64,000 nucleotides of DNA, taken from positions 62,001-126,000 of IMG/VR virus record IMGVR_UViG_3300020810_001156. One strand, given 5' to 3'. Positions 46,511 to 60,800 of this stretch are shown here, in pieces. The translations under genes and the position numbers were made by a program. Under the pieces are notes generated by a model. That model was not told the DNA's origin. It saw only the letters and a program-made list of their open reading frames with translations, and searched no databases. Every line of letters starts with the position of its first letter. The stretch's first letter is position 1.

Positions 46511-46966
46511 ATGCCAAGATTTGCATTAGATAGAGATATAAGATTCTTTGAATCAATTTCAAGAGAGTTGGTAGATGCTGTAATTGAAACTACGGTAGTT
46601 CTATTCAAACTTGCTATTGATGATATTTCAACAAACCTTTATGGTGAATCTCTAAATAAATCATATTATCAAGGTACAGAATGTACTGCAGTGATTGAAA
46701 GAGATGATTCTTCTATTTCTTACGAAGGATTTGGACCGGATAGTGGACAAAATGTAGAGTTCAGATTCAATCGTATTAAGTTAAAAGATAAAGGGTTCTA
46801 TCCAGAAATCGGTGATATTATCATGCACAATGATGCATATTTTGAAATCGATAATGTAAGAGAGGACCAACTAATTGGTGGACAAAGTGGAGAGAAATTC
46901 TCAATCATTTGTTCAACATTTATGACAAGAAGAAGTACTATTCAAACTGAAATGAGAGTTATCTAA
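46511..46966 (+). CDS. gp14: Head closure/neck protein (T4 gp14-like)
   Basis: NLYGES..KSY, YPEIGDII, YFEIDNV; synteny gp13-gp14-gp15. Confidence 0.62.
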   Translation: MPRFALDRDIRFFESISRELVDAVIETTVVLFKLAIDDISTNLYGESLNKSYYQGTECTAVIERDDSSISYEGFGPDSGQNVEFRFNRIKLKDKGFYPEIGDIIMHNDAYFEIDNVREDQLIGGQSGEKFSIICSTFMTRRSTIQTEMRVI

Positions 46967-48054
46967 TGAATAAGAAAGAAACAAATAGAGCATTACAAAG
47001 AGGTATCAAACCAGAATACACTAAAGGTGTAAAACTTTTAGATGTAGATACTACTATTGCAGAGTATATGGTGGATACTATCATTCCTGATGTAGAAGAA
47101 CACAATAGTAAAGTTAAAGTTCCTCTACTTTACGGAAATGCTGAAAGATGGAATAATGCTCGAGCAAAAGGATATTTGAGAGACCAAAGGGGTAAGATTC
47201 AAATTCCTTTAGTAATGTTCAAAAGAAATTCCATCGAAAGAGATACAAACTTAGCACAATTTAAGGATATAAACACCTTACCAGCTTACAAAAAATATTC
47301 TTCTCAAAATAGATACGAAAGATTTTCATTACAAACTGGAGCAAAAAAAGCATTTGAACAATATGAAGTTTCGGTTCCTGATTATGTAACGGTAACTTAT
47401 GAGGTAATGATTTGGACATCATTTACCGAACATATGAATAAGATTGTAGAAGCATTTCAATATGCTACTGATAGATATTGGGGTAAAGAAGATGGATTCA
47501 AATTTAGAACTCGTATTGATTCATTTGATAACCAACAAGAAGTGGGAGAAGGTTCAGAAAGAATCATTAGAACTTCTTTCACTATGGTAGTAAACGCTTA
47601 TTTACTTCCTGAAACATATGATGAAAAACCAACTGTTAAAAAAACATTTACCCCTAAGAAAGTTGTATGGGGTGTTGAAACAGATTTAAGTGGATTAACA
47701 TTTACTAATCCCAACATATATAATGAATATCAGAATGTTATAGATTTTGTAGCAATACGAAGTTCACAAAGAGCTGAATTAGTTAATGGTGGTGATGCCG
47801 TTACTGGTGATGGTGCTATTGTAAAAATAACAAATGTAAGAAAGCCGGTTTTACCAACTGAATTAATTGGTTCGTTTGATACATTAAATTGGTTTAGAGT
47901 TTACATAAATACTGAATTCAAACCGGCATCTACTTACACTTATTCTTTTAATGGAAGTACAAATGAAATATCATTTACTTTTAATGAAACTTTAGGATTT
48001 CAATTAGATGCAAATGATGAAGTGGATATTGTAGGTAAATTTGAACAACTATGA
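46966..48054 (+). CDS. gp15: Tail terminator/sheath stabiliser (T4 gp15-like) with an extra C-terminal beta-sandwich
   Basis: KVPLLYGNAERW, VPDYVTVTYEVMIWT, RTSFTMVVNAYL; synteny. Confidence 0.62.
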   Translation: MNKKETNRALQRGIKPEYTKGVKLLDVDTTIAEYMVDTIIPDVEEHNSKVKVPLLYGNAERWNNARAKGYLRDQRGKIQIPLVMFKRNSIERDTNLAQFKDINTLPAYKKYSSQNRYERFSLQTGAKKAFEQYEVSVPDYVTVTYEVMIWTSFTEHMNKIVEAFQYATDRYWGKEDGFKFRTRIDSFDNQQEVGEGSERIIRTSFTMVVNAYLLPETYDEKPTVKKTFTPKKVVWGVETDLSGLTFTNPNIYNEYQNVIDFVAIRSSQRAELVNGGDAVTGDGAIVKITNVRKPVLPTELIGSFDTLNWFRVYINTEFKPASTYTYSFNGSTNEISFTFNETLGFQLDANDEVDIVGKFEQL

Positions 48055-48425
48055 ATATAAAGACACTAAAAAATATAATGAAGGAAGTTAACGAACCAAA
48101 TGAATTCGTTATGGTTCCTCACGACTTAGTTCATCCTTTATATTGGATTTGGAAAGTAGAAAATTGTAGATTAAAAACTTTAGATAGTAGATTATCTACT
48201 AAACGAAAAGAACAAAATAGATTTGATGTATTTGTATGGGGTGGTTATATTGCACCTAGAGATTACGAATATAAACAAATTGGAAATGATTTTCATATCA
48301 AATTTATAAGAGCAAATTTTCCAACAACTATTGAAAATCCAAATGACCCAAATTATGGACAACCTTGGGCATTTGAAGTTACTGATGAAGTTAAAATCGA
48401 AGGAGATTTAGAAAGAGTAAGATAA
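48051..48425 (+). CDS. Small virion beta-sandwich protein
   Basis: FDVFVWGGYI...Y...F.IKF...DEVKIEG; overlaps both neighbours. Confidence 0.65.
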   Translation: MNIKTLKNIMKEVNEPNEFVMVPHDLVHPLYWIWKVENCRLKTLDSRLSTKRKEQNRFDVFVWGGYIAPRDYEYKQIGNDFHIKFIRANFPTTIENPNDPNYGQPWAFEVTDEVKIEGDLERVR

Positions 48426-48808
48426 TGCCAACAAGACCAAAACCACATATAGATTTAGGTAGTATTACCAAAAAAAGAGATAGGTTATCTTTTAAAAACT
48501 TTGTATTGGAGGTAATTGATGATACATTCATTTTTGAAGTAATACCCACTTCAATTTCTTTAGATGGTGATAACTTTACATTGGTATTAAATGGATATAG
48601 ATTTGTTTATGAGGATTTAGTTGTTGCGGATTCGAAAGATTATTTAGATGTATATTTATATGGAGTAAAGCAACCAAACGATAGGTATGGTGTTACATTT
48701 GATGATACATCAATAACCATAACATTTACGGAAAATATTACTCGAGTTCCTGCCGATGTGGTTAGAACTGATTTTGAAGTTAAAGGTAAAATTGCAGAGA
48801 TTCTATAA
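48425..48808 (+). CDS. Small virion beta-sandwich protein
   Basis: LDVYLYGVKQ..RY...ITITF...FEVKGKI; TAATG coupling. Confidence 0.65.
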   Translation: MPTRPKPHIDLGSITKKRDRLSFKNFVLEVIDDTFIFEVIPTSISLDGDNFTLVLNGYRFVYEDLVVADSKDYLDVYLYGVKQPNDRYGVTFDDTSITITFTENITRVPADVVRTDFEVKGKIAEIL

Positions 48809-48810
48809 TA

Positions 48811-51800
48811 ATGGCTAGATTAATACCACAAAAGCAGATTGAAGAAGTAAATATTTTTAGGGATAGTATATCCGTAGGTAATTCTGTCTTTATATCTGGT
48901 TCTCTTTTAGTTTCTCAATCAATCGATATTGGTAATGATTTAACCACACCACAAAGAATAACTGGTTCGGTTCAAATTACTGGTTCAATTAATATTGATG
49001 GTGATTTAACATTTGCTAGAGCAGAAAGTAGATTAGATGCAACCGCATCTTTTTCTGATGTATCGGTTGATACTCAAAGATTTGGTGGTATTCCAGTAGC
49101 AGAATTCGGAGGTAGTGATGCAACAGTTTATGTATCTGCTACTAGAGGTGATGATTCCAATGATGGACGTTCACCACAATTCCCAGTTAGAACAATTAAG
49201 AGAGCAGCTCAGATAGTAACTCCTGGTGATGATGGTAGATATGGTTTACCAACTGGTTCCAACTTTACTGGTTTTAGAATTGATGTACAAGCTGGTACTT
49301 ACTTAGAAGATAATCCAGTTGAACTTCCAAGAAACACAACTGTTTGGGGAGCTGGTTTAAGGGTTACCAAAGTTGTTGCTAAGAATGAAAACGAAGATTT
49401 ATTTTGGGTAAATAGTGGTAACTATTTAGCAGAGATGACTTTTGCTGGATTAAGAGTATTTCCATCAGTTGATGATTCCCAGAAAGGTTTTGCAATATCA
49501 TTTGCTCCAAACGCATTTATTACAACATCTCCTTATGTTCAGAACTGTTCAATGATTTCCAATCAGGAAAACTCATTCTTAGAAGCATATGAGGATATTC
49601 CTGCTGGTGGTGGTGGATTGAATGTAGATGGTAATAGAATTCATCCTGATTCACCTCTTGCTTCAATGGTACTTGATGCATATACACAGGTTGCACCAAA
49701 CGGTGTTGGTTGTCAAGTTGTAGGTAGAGGATTTATTCAGTTAGTATCGTTCTTCACAAACTTCTCTGCATATTCAGTAAAAGTAATTGATGGTGGGCAA
49801 GCAGTATTACTTAACTCCAACACTTCATTTGGTGATTTTGGTATGTATGCGTCTGGTTCTCGTTTCATCACTGGTAGTGGTGGTAATACTGAAGCATTTT
49901 TAAATGTACAAGATAATTACTCAATTATTGTTGATACAATTGAAAGGGGATTGGGTGAAATTCCTGATTTAGTTACAAATACTGAAGATGGTATTAAAGT
50001 AACTAATGAATTACAAAAATTCAATACAGGTGCACAAGCAAGTGATAAAGATGCAAAAACAGTTGTATCTGATTATAGATTAATATCTAATTTGATTGAA
50101 AGAGGAGTTGAAAATAAAATTCCTATTTTAGCCGTATCATCGGATAGAGGATATAATTCGGGTTCAGTATGGAATGTTAGTGGTGATAATCAAATAACTT
50201 CATCAACTACGGCATCTGAAGATGATTTAAGTACAATCAATACTAATTATGATATTGTTTTAGATATAATTGAAAGAGGTAATGCAGCTACATCATCATA
50301 CATTTATGTAGATAATGTTAGTTCTTCAATTAAAATAAGTGATGTCGAGCAATACAAATCATCACCGGTATCTGATATTACGGAAGATACAATTGGTGAA
50401 CGATTTGATACTATTATTTCCATCATAGAAAATGGTTTAGATTTTATTCCAGAAATAAAATTAAATACATCTCAATCGTTTAAGGTAACCGATACAACTC
50501 AATATATTACTGATTTATCTTCATCATTAAATGTTAGAGAAGCAGTAAGTTCTTCGTTATCTATTGTATATAATATTTTGGATAATGGAACAGGTTCAGC
50601 ACCAGCAATTATTCAGAGTAGTTCAAACGAAAATCCAACGATTGATTATCAAAATGCTTACGCATTACTAATTGAAAACATTCCATTTATTCAAGAAGAA
50701 ACGATTGCTTATTTGAGTTCGTCTTGGAGTGAGTTTGAATACAACCAAACTACTTGTAAGAGAGATGTTGGTTATATCGTAAGTGGTGCTGCGCATGATT
50801 TATTATATGGTGGTAATGAAGAATCGGTGAGAAATGGTAACTTCTATTACCTCTATCCATCGGATGCAACAACAACTCAAAAAGACCCAACCCTAACGGC
50901 AATCAAATATGTTGCTGGTATGGTTGATAATATATTATCAGATACAACTTTTGTAGAAACAACTGCTGAGGCTGATAATGCATACAGCTTATTGTTTGAA
51001 AATAAACGATTTATACAATCCGAATCTATTGCATATGTAAGTTCTTCTTGGAGTACATTTGAGTACAATGAAGCTAAGTGTGTAAGAGATTTGGGATACA
51101 TCATAGATGCGGTAGCAACTGATATCAAATATGGTGGTAATGAGAGAAGTGTAATCGCTGGTAATTTCTATTACAAATACCCATCCCAGGCAACTGTAAA
51201 TAATAGTACTGTTGGTGGACAATTAAATCAAACAATTGATGGTATTAAGTACGCTAAGAGGATAGCTCAGAAGTTAGCTAAAAACGAAACATTCGTAACT
51301 CAATCGGCATCTACACTTACTATCGCTGATACACTATTACAAAATCGTTCTCTAATTCAAGACGAAACGATTACATATATTAATACAACATATCCAAACT
51401 TCTCATATAACGAAGCAAAATGTAGAAGAGATACTGGATATATTTTGGATGGTGTGATTACCGATTTAAGATATGGTGGGGTGGAACGCTCTCAATTATC
51501 GGGTCTATACTACTACCTATATCCATCAATCGCAAACACAACTCAATTAGAAGAAACCTTAGAGGGTATCAGATATTCTAAAGGATTTGCATTGGAAGTT
51601 GCTCAATCTAATTTGATTGAAATACCAACCGCTAAACGAAATATTGAAAAACGAATTAAGGTTGGTGATGTGCAATACATAACATCATCGATTAGTGGTA
51701 CTGAGTTTGAATCTAAGTATATTAGTGGTTCAATTGGAATCGTTGAAGATATCATTAGATTTGGTAATGATTCGGTATTAGCTTCAATTGCTGAAAATAC

Positions 51801-54800
51801 TGGAAGTTTTAATTGGAGTATATCTTCACCAATAAATGTAAGTAGTGTACTTCCAATAACATCATCGGTAACTGAATCCGTTAACATACAAAATGTAAGT
51901 GATGGGTTTGATATTGTTACCTCAATCATAGCTGGTGGTGAATCTGTTATACCTCAACCAACATCTTCTTGGGAAGGTACAATTAAAGTAACTGATACTC
52001 CACAATACATTAGTAGTAGTTTATCATCAACATCTACCGAAGCAACTTTGGTTTCTCAATCAATTGCTATTGTGGCAAATATAGTACAAAATGGTGTTGA
52101 TTCATTACCACCATTAACAGCTAGTATAGATGGGTTAATCAAAGTAACAAATCAACTTCAGAATACGGATTATAGTGGTTCTTTAACTGAGGCAACTAAA
52201 GTTAGTTCATCATTTGCTACTATAACAAATATTGTAGAAAATGGTGTAGGTGTGATTCCTACAATTGTATCAAATACAAACGAAAATATTAAGTTCTTTA
52301 ACGATAGTGTTCAATACATATCTTCTTCGTTTAGTGGAAGTTTAGAGGATGTATCATTCATTTCATCTTCTATTTCTTATGTAACATCAATTATCGCAAA
52401 TGGAACTGGCTCATATACTGCTAGTGAATATCCATCACAACCACTTTCATCATCAAATGCAATTGCGGCATACCAAATCCTAAGAAACAATATTGATTTC
52501 ATCAAAGATGAAACAATTGCATATTTGAGTTCTTCTTGGAGTACCGCATCTTATGATGAAAGTAAATGTAGAAGAGATGTTGGTTTAATTATCTCAGGCG
52601 CCGCAGAAGATTTAATTTGGGGAACTGTATCATCTTCAATAGTAAATGGTAAGTTCTACTATGAATATCCTTCACAAGCACAAGGTGCACAATTAAATCA
52701 AACATTAGATGGTGTATTTTTCGCAAGTGAAGTAGCACAAAAACTTATTCAGAATATTGAGTTCGTAACCGCATCTGTTGAAAGAAGGGGAGCTTGGAAC
52801 GCAATTACTGAAAATGAAGATTTCATTAAAGAAGAAATGATTCAATATCTATCTTCTTCTTGGAGTACTTTTGATTATAACGAAACAACTTGTAGAAGAG
52901 ATGCTGGATATATTTTAGATGCAGTTAAAACTGATATCTACTATGGTGGTAATGAGAGAAGTGCTATTGCTGGTAACTTCTATTACCTATATCCATCGGC
53001 AGCAATTTTAAGTGGTAGTGCATCTCCAACACCTACAACACAATTAGTACCAACATTAGATGGATTGAGATATGCTGGTAGAATTACTGAAGCAGTTGTA
53101 ACTGGTAGTTCATTCTCATTCCCATCTCAAGCAAAATTAGATGCTAAGAATGTTCTTCTTAATAACAAACAATTTGTACAAGATGAAACAATAGCATACC
53201 TATCTTCTTCTTGGAGTGAGTTCTCATACAACCAAACAACTTGTAAGAGAGATATAGGATTTATTATAGATGCTGCTGTAACTGATGTAGTTTATGGTGG
53301 TAATGAGAGAAGTAGAATCGCATCTAATTTCTACTATCGTTATCCATCTGCAGCAATTGTAGGTGGTGTTCCTTCAACAACTCAACAAAAAGACCCAACG
53401 GTTGATGGTATCAAATATGTGGGTGGTATTTCTGAGAAGATTGTATTGGGTGAAACATTCACATCAGCGGATAGCACTAAGATAACAATTAAAAACTCAA
53501 TCATTGATAACAAATCAAATGTACAACAACAAACAATTGATTACATCAATGATACTTACCCAAATCTAAACTATAACAACGATAAGTGTTTTAGAGATGT
53601 TGGGTTCATCATAGATGCAGTTGTAACTGATTTAGTATATGGTGGAAATGGTAGAAGTGTTCAAGCTGGAGCATTCTATTATAGATTCCCATCACAAGCT
53701 ACATTCTCACAATTAAGTGAAACGGTAGATGGTATCAACTTCGCTAGAGATTTAATTAAATTAGATTTAAGAGGAGCTAATTCAGTAGAGAATTCATTCG
53801 ATACTGTAATTAAAATTATTGAAAGTGGTAGTTCTATTGTAACTGAAGAAACAATCGGAACAGGTTCAGCTCCAGTGCCTGAATCTCAAATAGGAGACCC
53901 AATTTCTACTATTGGAATTCCTAAAGATTCATATGGTGATGGTTTAGTAAAAACTGTAATTACTACTTCCATACCAACTTTTGAATTGACTGAAAACACA
54001 GATTCGGGTATTAAGTTTGGTAGTGATACACAAATTACAGGTTCTATAACTTCATCAGTTAGTGAATCATTAAAAGTATCATCTTCATTCTCAGATATTA
54101 TTGATATCATTAAATATGGTACTTCTGGTAGTTTAAGTTTGAGTGGTTCTTTTGATACCTCAACTTACTACGAAGTTGTTACTCCAGAAACTGGTGATTA
54201 TTATATTATCAATAGAGCTCAATTGGATGAGTTTGATGGTGTAAGAGCAGGTGGATATTTTAATACCGAAGAAAATACAGGTTCATTCTCAGATGGTATT
54301 AAAGACCCAACTTTAACATTGAAAAGGGGTGAAATGTACACCTTCTCAGTAAATGCTCTAAAATACGATTTAAATCCATTCTACATTAAAACTGCTAGAA
54401 AGCCAAATAAAGAAGCTCTTTATAATGAAGGTGTAACTAATAATGGTGTAAACTTTGGAACTTTAACATTTATCGTTCCACTAGAAGCACCGGATAGATT
54501 ATATTATGTAAATGGTAATAATGTATCTGCTAGTGGTATTATCAATGTAGTTGATAATTTACCAATTTCGGATACTCAAAGATATATTGAAGTTCCATCT
54601 AAAGGATTTGTTGAAATAACTACTAACAATGTTGATAATATTAAGATATCAAATATATCTCAATATTCATCTTCATTCAGTGCTTCGGTTGATGAATCAC
54701 ATGAAATTAGTTCATCATTTGCAACTACAATAGAAATATTGAAAAATGGTGTAGATGATTTACCAACTATTGTTGAAAATACATCTGGTTCAATAAAAGT

Positions 54801-57800
54801 AACAAATACATCACAAATTACATCTTCAATAACACCATCTGAATATGAACTAAATAATGTAAGTTCATCATATGCAATTGTTATTGATGTTTTACAAAAT
54901 GGAACAAGTTCTTTACCAACCGAAATATCAAATACATCAGCTAGTATAAAAGTAACTGATGTACCTCAATATATTTCATCTTCGGTAAGTGGTACATTAG
55001 AAAATGTTAATTTTATATCTTCATCGGTATCAATAGTTTATAACATAGTACAATTAGGTTCATCTGGTTCGTACACCGCTAGTTTATATGATACTGGTAG
55101 TGGAGTATCTACCGATGAATCAACGATAGCTGCATATCAAATTATTAGAAATAATATTCCATTTATTCAATCAGAAAGTTTAGCATACCTATCTTCGTCT
55201 TGGAGTACTGCTTCTTATGATGAAGTAAAATGTGGTAGAGATATTGGCTTAATAATATCTGGTGCGGCTGAAGATTTAATTTGGGGTACTGTATCATCAT
55301 CAGTTGTAAATGGTAGGTTCTATTTAGAATATCCATCTCAAGCTGAAACATCTCAATTAAATCAAACATTGGATGGTATTGAATATGCTAGTAAACTTAC
55401 TCAAAAATTAATTCAAAATATTCAATTTGTAACTGCTTCAAATGAAGCATCTGCATCACATCAATTATTGTTAGATAATAAGGTATTAATTCAAAATGAA
55501 ACAATTGAATACATATCATCATCTTGGAGTGATTTTGTTTACTCAGATATATTATGTAGAAGAGATATTGGACATATTGTAGATGCTGCAGCAACTGATA
55601 TTCTTTATGGTGGTAATGAACGTTCTGTACAAGCGGCATCTTTCTATTACAGTAATCCATCCGCAGCAACTGGTTCACAATTGAATCAAACTGTTGATGC
55701 GATTAATTACGCTAGAAGAATATCTAATAAAATACTTCAAAATCAAGTTTTAGAATTACCTGAATTACAAACTTTAGGAGTAGCAGAATTAATCTCTGAA
55801 AATAAAAGTTTAATTCAAGAAGAAACTATTCAATTCCTTTCTTCTTCTTGGAGTACATTTGAATACAATGAAGCTAAATGTAGAAGAGATACTGGATACA
55901 TTATAGATGCGGTTGTAACCGACTTCGTATATGGTGGTAATGAAAGAGCAGTAAATGCTGGAGAATTCTATTACCTATACCCATCAGATGCAACTGGTTC
56001 ACAATTAACACAAACTGTTGATGGAATCACTTACGCACAACGATTGACAAATAAATTAATTAATAATATAACTTTAGTAACTTCATCATTAGAAAGAAGA
56101 GCAACTAAAGATTTATTAATGGATAACAAAGGATTGATTCAAAATGAAGTTATCCACTTTATAAGTTCTTCTTGGAGTACATTTGAATATAATGAATCTA
56201 AGTGTAAGAGAGATGTTGGGTATATCCTAGATGCTATCGCTACTGATATTGTTTATGGTGGTAATGAAAGAAGTGTAGTGGCTGGTGAGTTCTATTATAG
56301 ATATCCATCTGAGGCAACAACTACTCAATTAGACCAAACAATTACAGGTGTAAAACATGCAGCTGGATTATCAGAAAAAATTATTCAAAACACACTATTA
56401 GTAAATCCCGATAGTAACACATTAGAAGCTTACAATAGAATTAGAAATAATAAATTATTTATACAATCCGAAGTTATTGAGTTTGTTGATAACTTATATC
56501 CATACTTTACTTACAATAGAGTTAAGTGTAAGAGAGATGTTGGATTTATTTTAGATGCGGTAGCAACTGATTTATTATGGGGAGGCAATGAAAGAAGTAT
56601 TATTGCTGGTGATTACTATTACAGATATCCATCACAGGCAACCACTTTCCAATTAAGAGAAACTATTGAGGGTATTAGATACGCTAAAGCTCTTACTAAG
56701 GATGTGATTCTAAACAAAGAGTTTGAAAGACCAAGAATTATCCTTAATAGTGAAAATCATATTAAGGTTGATGGTGTTCCACAATATAGTGGTTCAATGG
56801 CTATTAGTGGTAGTAATTTAACTGAAATTAGTTCTTCATTTGAAATTATTAACAATGTAATTTTAGGTGGATTAAATAACTTACCAACAGAACATAAGGG
56901 TATTGAATCATTAACTAAAGTAACAAACGCAATTCAAACAACTAACTCAGCTACTCAATCCGTATCTGATATTAGTTCATCATTCGCAATTGTGATTGAT
57001 GTGATTCAAAATGGAGTTGGAAATATTCCAACGATTGTATCAAACACAAACAACAATATCAAAGTTGGAAATATTGAACAATACATTTCTTCATCTGCTA
57101 GTGGTAGTTTAGAAAATGTAAACTTTATTTCATCTTCTATTGATATTGTAACCGATATTATAACAAATGGTGTTGGTGGATATGTACCTACAAATTACAC
57201 AACTTCATCTACCGATGAATCAACAATTGCGGCTTACCAAATCCTAAGAAATAACATTGATTTCATTCAGGAAGAAACAATAGCTTATTTATCATCTTCT
57301 TGGAGTGGATTTGTATATGATGAATCAAAATGTAGAAGAGATGTTGGATTGATTGTAAGTGGGGCAGCTGAAGATTTAATTTGGAATACTGATTCATCTT
57401 CAATTGTAAATGGTAAGTTCTATTTAGAATACCCATCTCAGGCAACAAGCTCACAATTAGACCAAACATTAGATGGTATTTTCTACGCTAGTAATTTAGC
57501 TCAGAAATTGATTCAGAATGTAACATTCTCATCGGCAGATTCTACTATTGTTGATTCTTATAACTCAATTGTAAATGAAAAAGCAACTATCCAATCTAAG
57601 GTAATTGCATACTTATCATCCTCATTCCCAACTCACCAATACAATGAAAGTAAGTGTAGTAGAGATGTGGGTTACATCATTGATGGTGTAGCAACTGACT
57701 TACTATATGGTGGTAATGAAAGAAGCGTTAAATCAGGAAATTACTATTACAAATATCCATCACAAGCAACTGGATATCAATTAGAAGAAACTGTTGCTGG

Positions 57801-60800
57801 TATTGAGTACGCACAAAGATTAACTGAGGTTGCATCTCAAAACAAAGGAACACAAATTGGAATTGTATCGGCAAGTATTGATATGATTAACGATATTATT
57901 AGATTAGGTTCTGATGATATTCCATTTACTATCGCTAAGCATTTCCAAACTTCTGAGTTAGATACTCCACAACAATTAACAACGGGTTCTTATACTCAAA
58001 TAGCTGGACCTACATTAGATTCAGAATACAACAATGGTTCAATTATATCTTTAACTGGTGATGGTAGTGATTTCTTCAAAAAAGAAGTTACAGTCAATGG
58101 TGTAAGAATTGTTGTAGCCGGTGATGTTGGTGGACAAACTGCTGTACCTGATGCATTTACTGAGAAAGTTGCTCGTATGTTTGAATTATTTACTGACCCA
58201 AGTGGTTCGGGAATAAATGAAACATTCCAAAGAAATTTAATTAAAACATTAAGTGGTGATAGTGGAACTTACCACGCTGGATTACCAACTATACAAAGAG
58301 TAGCAAGAGGAGCTGGAAGTGATTATACTCCAAACTTCCTTGATGATGCTGGTATTTTATATTGGAACTTAACAAACTTGTTTGATACTCATGTACAAAA
58401 CGATATGGTTTGGTATCTAAACTCAACAGGTGATATATCTGGTTCTGGTGATATAGATGCACAAGAAGTAATTGAACACATATTCCACACATTACATATG
58501 CATGGTTTACCTGCAGATGATATAAAACTATATTCTTATTTGGCATCTGATTGGCAGACTGGTGATTTATATCTTGCAATGGAAGAGGCATATGATGCTG
58601 GATTGTGGGATTCATCGGGATATGGTGGTAATAGTTGGAAAACTGATTCTGATGCATTTGAGGTAGCTGCTAAAGAATATCTATATTTGTTAAACTTCTC
58701 AATGTTTGAATATACCGATTTATGGGAAAATGGAAGTCTTTCTCCTGAGTGGGATGATTCAATGAGAACACAAGCTGGAATTTTAGCAAATAACCCATTA
58801 GGTTATGCATTCCATAACACATATATTTCACCTACAATTAGTAAACCATCATTGGCAACTATTAGAAGTATATTCCAAGATGGTGATTTGGGTGACCCAA
58901 CAATAGCAGGTGAATCTGGATATGTTGTAACTCCAACTGGAACTTATACAACTGATACTGAATTAGCAATCGTAAGTAGTTCATTCTCATTAATTAATGA
59001 TATTATTGAAAATACAACATCATCTATTGCTGATTTTGTTGATAATACTTACAACAAACGTAAGTTTACAAACACAACTCAATATTCATCTTCTGTATCT
59101 GCATCAACGGCTGAACTTTCAATTGTTGATAATAGATTTGGAATTGTGGTGGACATTGTTGAAAATGGATTATCTCAAAAACCAACTATCGTAAGAAATA
59201 ATACCGATGTTGATAACCTAATTAAGGTAACGGATACTCCACAATATATTTCAGCATCATCAGCTGATAAACTACAATCTAAGATTGTATCTTCATCAAT
59301 CGCTATTGTAACTGATATTATTGAGAATGGAAGTGGTTCGGCACCTACGATTATTGAGTACACAACTCCATCTGATTCTCCAAAAGCTAAATTGGCTTAT
59401 CAGTTAATTAAGAATAACCTACCATTTATTGTATCTGAATCAATCGCTTACATTTCATCTTCTTGGAGTGATTTCTCATACAACGAAGCAAGTTGTAGTA
59501 GAGATGTTGCATTGATTGTGAGTGGTGCAGCGGAAGATTTAATTTGGAACTCAAATTCCGCATCGGTGGTAAATGGTAAGTTCTACTTAGAATATCCATC
59601 TGCCGCAACTGGTTCTCAATTACAACAAACATTAGATGGTATCAATTATGCTAGTACTCTAACTCAACACATTGTAAGAAATAGAACATTCGTAACCGCA
59701 TCATCATCAGTTTCGGCATCTTACAACTTATTGGTTGAAAACAAAGAATTTATCCAAAACGAAACTATCGCTTACTTATCTTCTTCTTGGAGTGATTTCT
59801 ATTACTCCGAATCTAAGTGTAAGAGAGATGTTGGGTATATTATAGATGCAGTAGCAACTGATTTGAAATATGGTGGTAATGAAAGAAGTGTTATTGCTGG
59901 AGATTACTATTATAGATATCCATCAGCAGCGATTGTGGGTGGTGTACCAAATGTAGACCAACAAAAAGACCCAACTGTAACTGGTATCAATTACGCTAAA
60001 TCATTGGCAAATGAGTTACTAAGTGGTTCTCAGTTTGTAACTGCTTCAAACGAAGTTGAATTCGTTTACGATTCAATTAGAGAAAATAGAGAATTTATCC
60101 AAGCGGAAACTGTTGCATTTGTAAACGCTAAATATCCAAACTTAGAATACAACGAAGCTAGTTGTAGTAGAGATGCTGGATTCATCGTAGATGCGGTAGC
60201 AACTGATTTAAGATGGGGTGGTAACCAACGCTCAATCGTAGCTGGACAGTACTACTATAAATTCCCATCACAAGCAACAACCGCACAATTGGGTGAAACT
60301 ACTGATGCAGTAATTTACGCATCTAAGTTGGTAACTGAATTGATTGATAAGAATACTTTACCAATTCCATCAGCTAGTTTGAATACTAACAATAATATTA
60401 AAGTAACATCAACACCTCAATACATTTCAGCATCTTCTGCTGGTGAAGTTGAATTAACTAAGATTAGTTCTTCATTCGCATCAGTTAGTGGTATTGTTGA
60501 AGATGGTGTGAGTGTTATCCCAACATTAGTTGAAAACTTAAATGAGAACATTAAAGTAACAAATGTTACTCAATACATTTCTTCATCAGCTAGTGGTTCA
60601 TTAGAAAATATTTCATTTATTTCAGAATCGGTTGAGATTGTAACTGATATTATTTCTAATGGAACTGGTTCACTTCCATTGTTTGGAACTTATACAACTC
60701 CATCAACTGATGAAAGTACAATCGCAGCTTACCAAATCCTAAGAAGTAATATTTCATTCATTCAATCGGAATCAATAGCTTACTTATCATCTTCTTGGAG

